This document shows positions 1-10,087 of a stretch of 64,000 nucleotides of DNA, in pieces; positions within the stretch are counted from its first letter, which is position 1; every line of letters starts with the position of its first letter. Location of the stretch: contig CAIMPI010000042.1 in the NCBI GenBank assembly GCA_903843305.1, positions 4,920 to 68,919 of the forward strand, in the 5' to 3' direction. Position numbers and translations under genes: made by a program. Below the pieces are notes generated by a model, which saw only the letters and a program-made list of their open reading frames with translations, was not told where the DNA came from and made no database searches. The stretch is from an uncultured Chlorobiaceae bacterium. GTDB taxonomy: Bacteria; Bacteroidota; Chlorobiia; Chlorobiales; Chlorobiaceae.

Positions 1-217
1 CGGTGAGATCAGGGAAGGAAAGGCCGCCATCGGGGTAAAACGGATTCCTCTCGCCAGCCCTATAGCCGGCCTCAGTGGATCAGAAAATATGGTGGTTTTT
101 ACGACAGAACGCTATCGGGTAACTCCTCTTGTTGTACGTGGTCCCGGCGCAGGCGGAGAGGTCACAGCAGGCGGTGTTTTTGCTGATATCCTGCGCATTG
201 CAAGTTATCTTGTTTGA
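1..217 (+). CDS. thrA: 3' end of bifunctional aspartokinase/homoserine dehydrogenase (partial, starts before the window)
   Basis: Hand translation from nt 2: ...PLVVRGPGAGGEVTAGGVFADILRIASYLV*. This is the typical homoserine dehydrogenase C-terminus. Confidence 0.85.
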   Translation, partial: GEIREGKAAIGVKRIPLASPIAGLSGSENMVVFTTERYRVTPLVVRGPGAGGEVTAGGVFADILRIASYLV

Positions 218-229
218 GGAAAATAATCT

Positions 230-1486
230 ATGCGTGCAGAAATTGTTTCAGTAGGTGATGAGCTGCTTAAAGGGCAACGGGTCAATACCAACGCGGCGTT
301 TATCTCCAGTGCTCTTGCAGGTATAGGAGTTCCCGTTGGAAGAGTTGTTGCATGCTCAGATCTTGAAGATGAGATCATTGCAGCGTTCGCTGAATCGCTT
401 GAGCGGGCCGACATTGTTCTGGTGACAGGAGGCCTCGGTCCTACCAAAGATGACCGCACTAAAAAAGCCGTTCAGAAGCTTCTTGAAAAAGGGATTGAGC
501 TCCATAAAGATACGTATCAGAATCTCGTTGAGCGGATAAAAAAACGGGGCCAGGATATGTCGGCTTCACTTCGCGATCAGGCTATGGTCATTGAAGGCTC
601 CCTTGTTATTCCGAATACCAGGGGAACGGCTGCCGGAATGATTATTCCCTGCGGAGAGCGTTTTCACCACCACTATCTGGTGTTGATGCCCGGCGTCCCG
701 TCCGAAATGAAGGCCATGATGGAACTCACGGTTATTCCTTATTTTGCAGCACTTTCCACTACAGTTATTCGTCATACACCAGTCAAAACACTTGGCATTG
801 GTGAATCAATGCTTGCAGAGATGATTGTTGACATAGAAGATCGTCTTCCCGAGGGAACAACTCTTGCCTATCTTCCCCATGCAGCAGGCGTCAGCCTGAT
901 GATCAGTACTCTCGGCTGCGAGCGGGAAGCCGTTGATCGTGATAATCGCAACGTTGTTGATGCCATTGTCCAGCGAGCTGGCAAGCATATCTATGCGACC
1001 AGCGAGGTAACACTTGAAGAAACAGTTGGTCAGATGCTTTCTGCCAGAGGACTGACGGTTGCTGTTGCTGAATCCTGTACCGGTGGTCTTATTGCAAGCC
1101 GCTTTACCGATGTCCCGGGTTCATCGTCTTACTTCCTTCAGGGTTTTGTGGTGTACAGTAACCAGGCAAAACACAGCGCACTTGGAGTGCCGGAAGAGAC
1201 CATAAAAATATTTGGTGCGGTGAGCGAAGAAGTTGCCCGTGCCATGGCTACAGGATGCCTTGAAAAAAGCGGTGCTGATTTTGCTGTCTCCACAACAGGT
1301 ATTGCCGGGCCCTCCGGAGGATCTCCCGAAAAACCTGTCGGGACTCTCTGTCTTGCAATTGCAAAAAAAAATTCAGCTGATGTGCTTTCCCGAAGGCTTG
1401 TTATGCAGGGGGATCGTGAACAGAACAAGCTTCGTTTCAGCGAAGCCGCTCTTCGTGAACTTTGGCAGTGCCTCCGTCAGGGTTGA
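230..1486 (+). CDS. cinA: Competence/damage-inducible protein CinA (MoCF-binding domain plus NMN deamidase domain)
   Basis: N-terminal SVGDELLKG..VNTNA and VTGGLGPT.DD motifs; C-terminal AVAESCTGG and STTGIAGP motifs. Confidence 0.95.
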   Translation: MRAEIVSVGDELLKGQRVNTNAAFISSALAGIGVPVGRVVACSDLEDEIIAAFAESLERADIVLVTGGLGPTKDDRTKKAVQKLLEKGIELHKDTYQNLVERIKKRGQDMSASLRDQAMVIEGSLVIPNTRGTAAGMIIPCGERFHHHYLVLMPGVPSEMKAMMELTVIPYFAALSTTVIRHTPVKTLGIGESMLAEMIVDIEDRLPEGTTLAYLPHAAGVSLMISTLGCEREAVDRDNRNVVDAIVQRAGKHIYATSEVTLEETVGQMLSARGLTVAVAESCTGGLIASRFTDVPGSSSYFLQGFVVYSNQAKHSALGVPEETIKIFGAVSEEVARAMATGCLEKSGADFAVSTTGIAGPSGGSPEKPVGTLCLAIAKKNSADVLSRRLVMQGDREQNKLRFSEAALRELWQCLRQG

Positions 1487-1713
1487 CCATGATTACGGTG
1501 GAAGGGGCAGTTCAGCGCCACCCCTCCGGGGTTTGAAAACAATGAGCATTTTCTTAAATGCCGCAGGCATGGCCTATTGGTAGAAATTTATTTTACAGAA
1601 AAGAAGGGATTTCCTGAATTGTTATAAATAAAGAGGCTGATTTATCGATAAATTGCAGGATAGCTGAAATGTTGTGGCCTTTTATGAAAAGAGTATTGTT
1701 CTCCTGTTAGCCT

Positions 1714-3561
1714 ATGCCAAGAATTGCGAGATTACCTGATATAGTTGCGAACAAAATTTCTGCAGGTGAGGTAGTGCAGCGTCCAGCCTCGGTGGTCAAG
1801 GAGCTTCTTGAAAACTCCATTGATGCAGGTGCCGATAAAATAACTGTTTCTATAAAGGATGCCGGAAAGGAGCTGATACGGATTGTGGACAATGGCGCCG
1901 GGATGTTGCGGGAAGACGCTCTTTTATGTGTTGAACGTTTTGCAACCAGCAAGATTACCAGCGTTGAGGATCTGGATTCACTCCAAAGCCTCGGCTTCCG
2001 GGGAGAGGCTCTGGCAAGTATCTCTTCAGTCTCTCATTTCGAACTGAAAACACGTACGGCGGCAGAGACCCTTGGGATGAAGTTTCGGTACGAGGGAGGA
2101 GTCCTGGCTGAAGAATCAGGGGTGCAGGGCGAGCAGGGTACAACCATCAGCGTCAGGAACCTTTTCTACAATGTTCCAGCCCGTCGGAAGTTTCTGAAAT
2201 CTAACGCTACCGAGTATCATCATATTTTCGAGATAGTCAAGTCTTTCGTTCTGGCATATCCGGAAATCGAGTGGCGAATGTTTAGCGATGATGATGAGCT
2301 TTTTCATGTAAAAAGTCCAGACATTCTTGAACGGCTCAATGTCTTTTATGGTAATGATTTTTCTGCCAGTATGATTGAGCTTTCCGAGGAAAATGATTAC
2401 CTCTCCATCAAGGGTTTTCTCGGCAAGCCTGCAATGCAGAAGAGACGGAAACTTGATCAGTATTTTTTTATCAATCGACGTCTTGTCCAGAACCGGATGC
2501 TCTCACAGGCAGTTCAGCAGGCTTATGGCGACTTGCTTGTTGAGCGTCAGGCTCCTTTCGTACTGCTTTTTCTTGGTATCGATCCATCCCGTATCGATGT
2601 GAACGTCCATCCTTCAAAGCTTGAGATCAAGTTTGATGACGAGCGCAGTGTCCGCAACATGTTCTATCCCGTTATCAAGCGGAGCATCCAGTTGCACGAT
2701 TTCTCTCCGGACTTGGCAGCGCCAGAAAACGAGTCCTCAGCACCCAGAAAATTTTCTTTCCCGGATATTCCTCATCGTGTAACTACTACGGACGACCTCT
2801 ACCGGAATTATCGTGAAGGCGCATTTCATGAACCAGCGGCGTCACGTGTTTCTCCCTGGCATCAGCCCGAAATTTTTCCCCCTCCGCCAGTAGCAGGAAA
2901 GGCGCGTGAGTTGCAGGAAGGTGATGAACAGCTTGCATCGGTTCTGCTCGCCCCAATCTATGAAGATGACGTCGTTCCAAACCCGAAAGATACCGAACCA
3001 AAAATCTGGCAGTTGCATAACAAGTACCTGATATGCCAGATCAAGACAGGGTTGATGATTATTGATCAGCATGTGGCGCATGAACGGGTGTTGTACGAAC
3101 GTGCCGTTGAAGTGATGCAGCAGAATGTTCCAAACTCCCAGCAACTGCTTTTTCCCCAGAAAGTCGAATTCCGTCCATGGGAGTACGAGGTTTTTGAGGA
3201 GATTCGTGACGATTTGTACCGGCTTGGTTTTAATTTGAGATTGTTTGGTAACAGAACTGTCATGATTGAAGGGGTTCCCCAAGATGTCAAGCCGGGTACT
3301 GAAGTGACGATTTTGCAGGATATGATTGCTGAATATCAGGATAACGCCTCAAAGCTCAAGCTCGACAGGCGAGATAACCTTGCAAAGTCATATTCGTGCC
3401 GTAATGCTATCATGGCAGGCCAGAAGCTCTCCCTTGAAGAGATGCGCTCACTCATCGACAACCTCTTTGCTACCCGTGAGCCCTACTCATGCCCTCACGG
3501 CAGACCGGTTATAATCAAACTCTCCCTTGACCAGCTCGACAAGATGTTCGGGAGAAAATAA
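1714..3561 (+). CDS. mutL: DNA mismatch repair endonuclease MutL
   Basis: AGEVVQRPASVVKELLENSIDAG and GFRGEALASI motifs; endonuclease motif DQHVAHERVLYE; CPHGRP. Confidence 0.98.
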   Translation: MPRIARLPDIVANKISAGEVVQRPASVVKELLENSIDAGADKITVSIKDAGKELIRIVDNGAGMLREDALLCVERFATSKITSVEDLDSLQSLGFRGEALASISSVSHFELKTRTAAETLGMKFRYEGGVLAEESGVQGEQGTTISVRNLFYNVPARRKFLKSNATEYHHIFEIVKSFVLAYPEIEWRMFSDDDELFHVKSPDILERLNVFYGNDFSASMIELSEENDYLSIKGFLGKPAMQKRRKLDQYFFINRRLVQNRMLSQAVQQAYGDLLVERQAPFVLLFLGIDPSRIDVNVHPSKLEIKFDDERSVRNMFYPVIKRSIQLHDFSPDLAAPENESSAPRKFSFPDIPHRVTTTDDLYRNYREGAFHEPAASRVSPWHQPEIFPPPPVAGKARELQEGDEQLASVLLAPIYEDDVVPNPKDTEPKIWQLHNKYLICQIKTGLMIIDQHVAHERVLYERAVEVMQQNVPNSQQLLFPQKVEFRPWEYEVFEEIRDDLYRLGFNLRLFGNRTVMIEGVPQDVKPGTEVTILQDMIAEYQDNASKLKLDRRDNLAKSYSCRNAIMAGQKLSLEEMRSLIDNLFATREPYSCPHGRPVIIKLSLDQLDKMFGRK

Positions 3562-3607
3562 GATGTGTGGTTGCAAGTTTGATCAAAAGTACTAAATTCC
3601 CCACTAT

Positions 3608-3680
3608 GCCCTTGTAGCTCAGTGGATAGAGCAACAGTTTCCTAAACTGTAGGTCGGCGGTTCGAGTCTGCCCGAGGGCA
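3608..3680 (+). tRNA. tRNA-Arg (anticodon CCT); CCA not encoded
   Basis: Acceptor stem GCCCTTG/CGAGGGC+A; D-arm GCTCAGTGGATAGAGC; anticodon arm ACAGT-TTCCTAA-ACTGT; T-arm GGCGG-TTCGAGT-CTGCC. Confidence 0.95.
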
Positions 3681-3720
3681 CTTTTCTTTTACTCGCATTA
3701 CAACGGCGCAATCCAGAAGT

Positions 3721-4626
3721 ATGAAGCTTTTCAGAATTATTTCCATCGTTCTGTTGCTGCTGTTTGCTGCCGATGTCGGACGCTATTTTTTTTATCCCAA
3801 TGTTGAGCTGCTGGTGGATAAGAATCCTGCCAAAACAGCGTTTATGGAGTACCGTGAGGCCGAGTGGCGGCGGGAAGGGCTCCTCGATAAAAAAATAGAA
3901 CAAAAATGGGTGCCGTTGCGCAAGGTTTCCCAGAACCTCATCAAGGCGGTTCTGATAGGAGAGGACGACAAGTTCTGGAAACATGAGGGCTTTGATTATC
4001 AGGCTATTGAGCGGGCACTCGAAAAAAACATTCTTGCCAAAAAATTCAAAATGGGTGGCAGTACAATCAGCCAGCAGCTTGCCAAGAATCTTTTTCTCTC
4101 TCCCTCCAAAAATCCGGTACGAAAAATCAAGGAAGCTATTCTTACCTGGAGACTCGAAAAAACACTCTCCAAACGTCGCATTCTTGAGCTGTATGTGAAT
4201 ATTGCCGAATGGGGTGATGGTATTTTCGGTATTGGAGAAGCGGCCCGTCACTACTACGGTGTCAGTCCGGCAAAACTGTCAGCAAAACAGGCATCAAAAC
4301 TTGCCGCCATACTCCCAAACCCGATTCTTTTTTCACCTACAGGTTCTTCACGCTATGTCCGCAATCGATCAAATCTCATCTATGCCATTATGAGGAAGCG
4401 CGGGATCGTTGTTCAAGACTATAAAGAGGTGATAACGTTAACACCTGATACCACTGCAGTAGATTCGGTAGTGATCGGGGTGCCGCAGTATATGCTTGAT
4501 CAGGCAATTACTGCAGACAGCACCGCCGGAAATGCCACGCAACATGATGGCGCTGTTCCAGAAAAAAAGACTCAAGGCACTCCTTCTGAAACGACACCAG
4601 TGAAGGGAAGCACCGGTGCGCCCTGA
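3721..4626 (+). CDS. mtgA: Monofunctional biosynthetic peptidoglycan transglycosylase
   Basis: GT51 motifs EDDKFWKHEGFD, GGSTISQQLAKNLFL, RKIKE and LELYVNIAEWG; low-complexity C-terminal tail. Confidence 0.92.
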   Translation: MKLFRIISIVLLLLFAADVGRYFFYPNVELLVDKNPAKTAFMEYREAEWRREGLLDKKIEQKWVPLRKVSQNLIKAVLIGEDDKFWKHEGFDYQAIERALEKNILAKKFKMGGSTISQQLAKNLFLSPSKNPVRKIKEAILTWRLEKTLSKRRILELYVNIAEWGDGIFGIGEAARHYYGVSPAKLSAKQASKLAAILPNPILFSPTGSSRYVRNRSNLIYAIMRKRGIVVQDYKEVITLTPDTTAVDSVVIGVPQYMLDQAITADSTAGNATQHDGAVPEKKTQGTPSETTPVKGSTGAP

Positions 4627-4669
4627 AGCCAGGCAATCAGTGGCGCACCGCACTTTATTGCAGCATCGT

Positions 4670-4831
4670 TTACTCTTCTTTCTCAAACAATGACTTGTCC
4701 ACTCCGCAGACCGGGCAGACCCAGTCATCAGGGATGTCTTCAAAAGGAGTTCCGGGTGCGACACCACCGTCAGGATCGCCAACTTCAGGATCATAGACAT
4801 AGCCGCATGGTACACAGACCCATTTTTCCAT
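4670..4831 (-). CDS. Rubredoxin (53 aa; absent from the ORF track)
   Basis: Hand translation: [53 protein letters not shown]. Two CxxCG knuckles. Confidence 0.95.
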   Translation of the reverse strand: MEKWVCVPCGYVYDPEVGDPDGGVAPGTPFEDIPDDWVCPVCGVDKSLFEKEE

Positions 4832-4892
4832 GGTATAATTTTCGTTTAATTAATAAAGCTGTCCAAGTTACCATTAATGATACAGAAAATTC

Positions 4893-6749
4893 GTGAAATC
4901 AGCGGACAAGATTTTTAATCTGATGTCAGACGCCCGCCTTTACGACACCCTCCGCAAAGTTTTCGGCTTTCGTGCGTTCCGGCCTAATCAGGAACAAGTT
5001 GTCCGGGCAATTCTTGCCAGTCAAGATGTTTTTGCCGTTATGCCTACTGGCGGCGGTAAATCACTCTGCTATCAACTTCCTGCCGTACTGCTGCCTGGCA
5101 CCTGTATAGTCATCAGTCCGCTTATTGCCCTTATGAAAGACCAAGTTGACGGTGCACGGGCCAACGGTATTCGTGCAGCCTTCCTCAACAGCTCTCTTTT
5201 GTCCGACGATCGGGAAGCAGTGATGCGTGATCTGCTTTCAAATTCACTCGACCTGCTCTACGTTGCACCCGAGCGCTTTACTCTCGACCACTTCAGGGAG
5301 ATACTCGGCAGGGTGAAGATCAGTATGGCGGTGATTGACGAAGCTCACTGCATCTCAGAGTGGGGGCACGACTTTCGCCCCGACTATCTGTCGCTCTCCG
5401 CTCTTGTCAAGCTTTTTCCAGGTCTTCCGGTTGCAGCGTTTACCGCAACGGCAACCCACCGGGTGCAGCAGGATATTCTTGACAAACTTGCCCTGCGCAA
5501 CCCTCTTGTTGTCAGGGCCTCATTCGATCGTCCCAATCTTGGCTATGATGTTCGTTTCAAAGACAACCCCGAAGCCCAGCTCGTTTCGCTTCTGAAAAGC
5601 AATCCCGGTAAAGCTGGTATCATCTACCGTACAAGCCGCAAAAGCGTCAGCGACACTGCGGCCATGTTGCAGGCAAAAGGGTTTCGTGCACTTCCCTATC
5701 ATGCAGGCCTCAGTGATGCCGACCGTAAAAGCAACCAGGAGGCATTTATCCGCGACGAAGCGGACGTTATCGTAGCTACCATCGCATTCGGCATGGGCAT
5801 CGACAAATCCAATATCCGGTTTGTCATTCATGCTGACCTGCCGAAAAGCATCGAAAACTATTATCAGGAAACCGGCAGGGCAGGTCGGGACGGCGAACCA
5901 GCGCAATGCACACTTCTTTTCGCACAGAGTGATATTCCCAAAGTGCGCTTCTATATTGACTCAATGCCTGACGACACTGAGCGGGCAAGGGCGCTTGGAG
6001 CCTTGACGAAGGTGATCGCTTTTGCCGGCAACTCAGTCTGCCGGCGCAGAACCCTGCTCGACTATTTCGGAGAGAGCTATCCACACAGCAACTGTAACTC
6101 CTGCGACATCTGTCTCGGCACCCGCGAAGTGGTGGACTGTACCCGTGAAGCACAAATGCTGCTCTCCGCCATGGTTCGCACCGAAGAGAGGTTTGGCGCC
6201 ATGCATATTGTGGATATTGTTATGGGCAGTGACAATAAAAAAATCCGTGATTTTGGTCACGATCGCCTGAAAACGTTCGGAGTGGGCAAAGAGCATGAAA
6301 AAAAATACTGGCGGCAGCTCATTGATGATCTTCTTGCGCAAAAAGTCATTGAGAAATCAGAGGGGCTCTATCCAACGCTCTTTCTTCTCCCAAAGGCAGT
6401 TCAGCTCTTGAAGGGTGAAGAGCGCATTGAAATTGTCCGGATACAGGAAAAGAAAAAAGCAAAAGCACCATTGCTTAAGTCTGATGTTTCTTCATCACCA
6501 TATAACCAGGAGCTTTTCGACCTTCTCAGAACCCTCCGCAAGCAGATTGCTGATGAGGGGGGGATTCCTCCCTATGTCGTTTTCTCAGACCGCACCCTGC
6601 ACGATATGGCCGCACAATACCCCCGTACCGCCGAAACCATGCTCACGGTTTCAGGTGTCGGAGAAGTAAAGCTCGAACGCTATGGGCGCCAGTTCCTCCG
6701 CCTCATTGATCGTTTTTGCAGCGACCGCCTCCACAGCCCATCTCCGTGA
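4893..6749 (+). CDS. recQ: ATP-dependent DNA helicase RecQ
   Basis: MPTGGGKSLCYQ, IDEAHCISEWGHDFRP and QETGRAGRDG motifs; Zn-binding, RQC and HRDC regions. Confidence 0.97.
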   Translation: MKSADKIFNLMSDARLYDTLRKVFGFRAFRPNQEQVVRAILASQDVFAVMPTGGGKSLCYQLPAVLLPGTCIVISPLIALMKDQVDGARANGIRAAFLNSSLLSDDREAVMRDLLSNSLDLLYVAPERFTLDHFREILGRVKISMAVIDEAHCISEWGHDFRPDYLSLSALVKLFPGLPVAAFTATATHRVQQDILDKLALRNPLVVRASFDRPNLGYDVRFKDNPEAQLVSLLKSNPGKAGIIYRTSRKSVSDTAAMLQAKGFRALPYHAGLSDADRKSNQEAFIRDEADVIVATIAFGMGIDKSNIRFVIHADLPKSIENYYQETGRAGRDGEPAQCTLLFAQSDIPKVRFYIDSMPDDTERARALGALTKVIAFAGNSVCRRRTLLDYFGESYPHSNCNSCDICLGTREVVDCTREAQMLLSAMVRTEERFGAMHIVDIVMGSDNKKIRDFGHDRLKTFGVGKEHEKKYWRQLIDDLLAQKVIEKSEGLYPTLFLLPKAVQLLKGEERIEIVRIQEKKKAKAPLLKSDVSSSPYNQELFDLLRTLRKQIADEGGIPPYVVFSDRTLHDMAAQYPRTAETMLTVSGVGEVKLERYGRQFLRLIDRFCSDRLHSPSP

Positions 6750-6888
6750 TCACTTTGGACAGATGGAACGTTCAATGTTGGTATCACACTTAATTAGGAA
6801 TTTTTTTCTATATTGAACACTACACTGTTTATAAGCAAGTCTTTTACGGCTATTCAACGTAGTGAAAGGTTATATAGTTTCATTGATT

Positions 6889-6919
6889 CTATCCTTCAGA
6901 TGTGACTGAAGGTAGCGCA
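6889..6919 (+). promoter_or_regulatory. Stem-loop plus ops-like motif in the leader of the polysaccharide operon (JUMPstart-like, putative)
   Basis: CTA(T)CCTTCAG-ATGTGA-CTGAAGGTAG hairpin whose 3' arm continues as GAAGGTAGCGCA. Compare the enterobacterial ops GGCGGTAGnnTG. Confidence 0.35.
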
Positions 6920-6954
6920 GCTTTATATAATAACGAGTAAATATTGTAAGGTTT

Positions 6955-8841
6955 ATGCGTTACACCATTCTTCTTATTGCTGCAATTATATTCGTTTCAT
7001 TTCCGCTACGTACTCAAGCAGCAGATAATTCTGCTTCCAGCTCAGCGTCAGCTCTCTCTACAGCAGTTTATTCTTCCCCATCATCTGCAATGGGCCAGAT
7101 ATCAATTACTGATGCACCGTCCAACGACAATCAGTCCGCTGTTCGAGAAACAAAAACTACGCAAGGAGAGCGTGATTCCAGGATATCAGGTGAGAAATTA
7201 TCAAAAAGCAACTTTCAGACATTCGTAGCAACGTCAACGGGAGACAATCTTGATGTCTTCGGGCAAGAGCTGTTCAGAAACGTTCCTTCTACCTACGCAC
7301 CATTGGGTGCCGTACAGGTCAATCCTGATTATGTGATCGGTATGGGAGATCTTTTGCAGGTAAGAGGCTGGGGGATGATTGATATAAATGTAAACGTCAT
7401 GGTTAACCGGAGTGGCGAAATCTATTTGCCACGGGTTGGTTCAATACAAGTTGCTGGTGTCAAATATCGTGACCTTCAGGGTTATCTTAAAAAAGCGGTT
7501 GGCAGAATATTCACCCACTTCGATCTGAGCGCCAGCATTGCTCAAACCAGAAGCGTACAGATCTACGTGGTTGGCCATGCCCAGCGTCCAGGTACCTATA
7601 CACTCAGTGCCATGAGCACGCTTCTCAACGCTCTATTTGCTTCCGGAGGCCCTTCGGTTACCGGCAGTATGCGTAATATAAAGCTCAAACGGAGTGGTGA
7701 GGCAGACATATCATTTGACCTTTACGACATTCTTCTTCGTGGTGATAAATCTTCGGATGTCGCTCTCAGAGATGGAGATGTTCTTTACATACCCTCGGTT
7801 GGCGCTCTTGCTGCGATTCTCGGTGATGTTAAAAAACCTGCTATTTTTGAGCTGAAGCAAAAGACCTCTCTTGCCGATATGGTCGATTGGGCTGGTGGTT
7901 TTGAATCTGTGGCAGGTTTACAGAAAGTGATTGTCGAAAAGAGTGTCGACAGCCGCTACCAGACAGTTGCGGAACTGCCAGTAGAGTTGAGTGCGATTGA
8001 AAAGAATCTTGCGCAACTTGTCGTAGAACCAACTACAATTATCAGGGTTACTGCGCCAGGCTCTGTGCCTCTTGAAGTAAAGCTGGAACGTGATTTTGTT
8101 CGAGTTGATGGCGAAGTGAAACAGAGCGGAATGTATGAACTGCAAAAGGGAGAGACCTTAAAGGCTCTCATATCCCGCATCGGTGGTACGACAGATAAGG
8201 CGTATGTATTTGGTACCAAGCTTACTCGTGCAAGTGTCAAGCGCGAGCAGCAGTTGAAGATTGATGAAGCGATTGACAGGTATGAAAAAGATATTGAAAC
8301 AAATGCTAAACAGCGAGTTTCAGGTCAGAGTGATCCAACACAAGCAGCAGCTATCGCGGCAGAACTCGAAGCACAACGCAGTTTGGTCAAGAAACTGCGT
8401 CAGGTAAAGTCTGAAGGACGAATAATCCTGAACCTCAATGATTTCAAGGCTGTAGTCAGTGACCTCCCTGATTTTCCCCTGAAGGATGGTGATATCGTTT
8501 ACATACCGCAATACATGGCTACCGTTGATATCATTGGTGCCGTGTACCAGCAGAATACTTTTATTTATCGACCTGAGCGGCGTGTTGACGATTATATTCT
8601 GTTGGCTGGTGGGGTAACTCCTACTGGCGATCAATCTGAGTTGTATCGTATTTGCGCTGATGGAACGGTTCGAAGCAAACGCCATAGCTGGTCAGGTGGA
8701 GCAGTGAATCCAGGTGATGCCATTGTGGTGCCTGAAAAAATTCAGCGAGGTGCAAGTTTGATGCAGAACATTAAAGATATTACGACAATACTGTATCAAT
8801 TTGGGCTCGGAGCTGCTGGTCTGAAGACTCTTAAAAATTGA
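6955..8841 (+). CDS. Polysaccharide export protein with multiple SLBB domains (Wza/KpsD/OtnA-like)
   Basis: Signal peptide; Poly_export motif PDYVIGMGDLLQVRGWG; repeated SLBB motifs (V.G.V..PG.Y.L, L.DGD.LYIP). Confidence 0.9.
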   Translation: MRYTILLIAAIIFVSFPLRTQAADNSASSSASALSTAVYSSPSSAMGQISITDAPSNDNQSAVRETKTTQGERDSRISGEKLSKSNFQTFVATSTGDNLDVFGQELFRNVPSTYAPLGAVQVNPDYVIGMGDLLQVRGWGMIDINVNVMVNRSGEIYLPRVGSIQVAGVKYRDLQGYLKKAVGRIFTHFDLSASIAQTRSVQIYVVGHAQRPGTYTLSAMSTLLNALFASGGPSVTGSMRNIKLKRSGEADISFDLYDILLRGDKSSDVALRDGDVLYIPSVGALAAILGDVKKPAIFELKQKTSLADMVDWAGGFESVAGLQKVIVEKSVDSRYQTVAELPVELSAIEKNLAQLVVEPTTIIRVTAPGSVPLEVKLERDFVRVDGEVKQSGMYELQKGETLKALISRIGGTTDKAYVFGTKLTRASVKREQQLKIDEAIDRYEKDIETNAKQRVSGQSDPTQAAAIAAELEAQRSLVKKLRQVKSEGRIILNLNDFKAVVSDLPDFPLKDGDIVYIPQYMATVDIIGAVYQQNTFIYRPERRVDDYILLAGGVTPTGDQSELYRICADGTVRSKRHSWSGGAVNPGDAIVVPEKIQRGASLMQNIKDITTILYQFGLGAAGLKTLKN

Positions 8842-10035
8842 ATGTGTAAAGATATGCCTGAGCAAACGTCCCAGCATCTCACCCGCGAAGAGTCAATGGA
8901 AGATGAGATAAGCCTTCTTGATCTTGCCATAACGCTTGCCAAACATAAAAAGCTTATACTTGGTGCTCCACTCATCGCTGCGGTTTTAGTTGCAATTGTT
9001 ACTCTCTTTATGCCAAGTATTTATACGGCGGACACACAGATTTTACCGCCACAGCAGCAACAATCCGGTGCAGCCGCAATGCTCAATCAGCTTGGCGCGC
9101 TCAGCGGCATGGGAAGCGCTACAGGGATAAAAAATCCTAATGATGTTTATATCGCTATGCTTAAAAGTCGGACACTGCAGGACAATTTGATCCGACGATT
9201 TAAACTACAGGCGGTTTACGAAACAACGTCTCCCGAAAAAACTCGCAAACAACTTACCGCAGTGACAAAAGTTACTTCCGGCAAAGATGGTCTCATTACC
9301 GTTCAGGTTGATGACAAGAACCCACAAAGGGCTGCAATGCTTGCCAATGGTTATGTAGAGGCGTTGCAGCAGATGACACAGGTTTTTGCTGTCACTGAAG
9401 CCTCGAAGCGCCGACTCTTTTTCGAAAAGCAGCTTCTGCAGGCAAAAGAGGCCCTCAGCGATGCGGAAATTGCTCTGAAACAGTTACAGGAGAAAACCGG
9501 CATTATCCAGCTTGACGCCCAGGCTCAGCTCATTATCAGCACAGCTGCAGGACTCAAAGGGCAGATTGCCATGAGAGAAGTTGAGCTTGGTGCCATGCGT
9601 ACTTTTGCTACCGGCAATAATCCCGATTATATCCGTACGCAGCAGGTATTGGCGGGTTTACGTGAGCAGCTTGCCAAGGTTGAAACCGGGACAGTCACCA
9701 CCAGTAAAGTGCCCGAAACAGGTCTTGAATACATTCGGAAGGTACGTGATCTGAAGTATGCTGAAACCATTTACGAGATGCTTGCCAAGCAGTTTGAAAT
9801 GGCTAAAATCGATGAAGCTAAGGAGAGTTCAGTCATCCAGGTGCTCGACAAGGCTGTGGTGCCCGAACAAAAGTCGAAGCCGAAGCGTAGCACGACGGTT
9901 CTTCTTGCTGCCGTTGCCACAGGATTTTTGGCTATCCTTTGGGCTTTCATCAACGAAGCCCTACAGAATGCCAAAAAAGAGAGCGAAACCGCAGCTCAGC
10001 TCAACAAGCTCAAACAAAATCTGCGCTGGAATTGA
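8842..10035 (+). CDS. Wzz/GNVR-type polysaccharide chain-length determinant (no kinase domain)
   Basis: EDEISLLDL N-terminus, two TM segments, coiled-coil middle, VLDKAVVPEQKSKPKR. Confidence 0.88.
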   Translation: MCKDMPEQTSQHLTREESMEDEISLLDLAITLAKHKKLILGAPLIAAVLVAIVTLFMPSIYTADTQILPPQQQQSGAAAMLNQLGALSGMGSATGIKNPNDVYIAMLKSRTLQDNLIRRFKLQAVYETTSPEKTRKQLTAVTKVTSGKDGLITVQVDDKNPQRAAMLANGYVEALQQMTQVFAVTEASKRRLFFEKQLLQAKEALSDAEIALKQLQEKTGIIQLDAQAQLIISTAAGLKGQIAMREVELGAMRTFATGNNPDYIRTQQVLAGLREQLAKVETGTVTTSKVPETGLEYIRKVRDLKYAETIYEMLAKQFEMAKIDEAKESSVIQVLDKAVVPEQKSKPKRSTTVLLAAVATGFLAILWAFINEALQNAKKESETAAQLNKLKQNLRWN

Positions 10036-10087
10036 CTCTTGTCTGCATGACGTGGATCAGTCGCTTCTTTTTTCCGGAAATTAAAGA

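Noticed and set aside
3608-3680. tRNA-Arg as an integration site for the polysaccharide/TA island
   Set aside because: I saw no duplicated tRNA 3' end (att) and no integrase in the window; the housekeeping-type genes mtgA and recQ follow the tRNA.
3619-4251. 210-aa minus-strand ORF
   Set aside because: Antisense shadow of mtgA; its end (VPSGRLEPPTYSLGNCCSIH) is the translated reverse complement of the tRNA.
4690-4896. 68-aa plus-strand ORF
   Set aside because: Shadow of the minus-strand rubredoxin gene.
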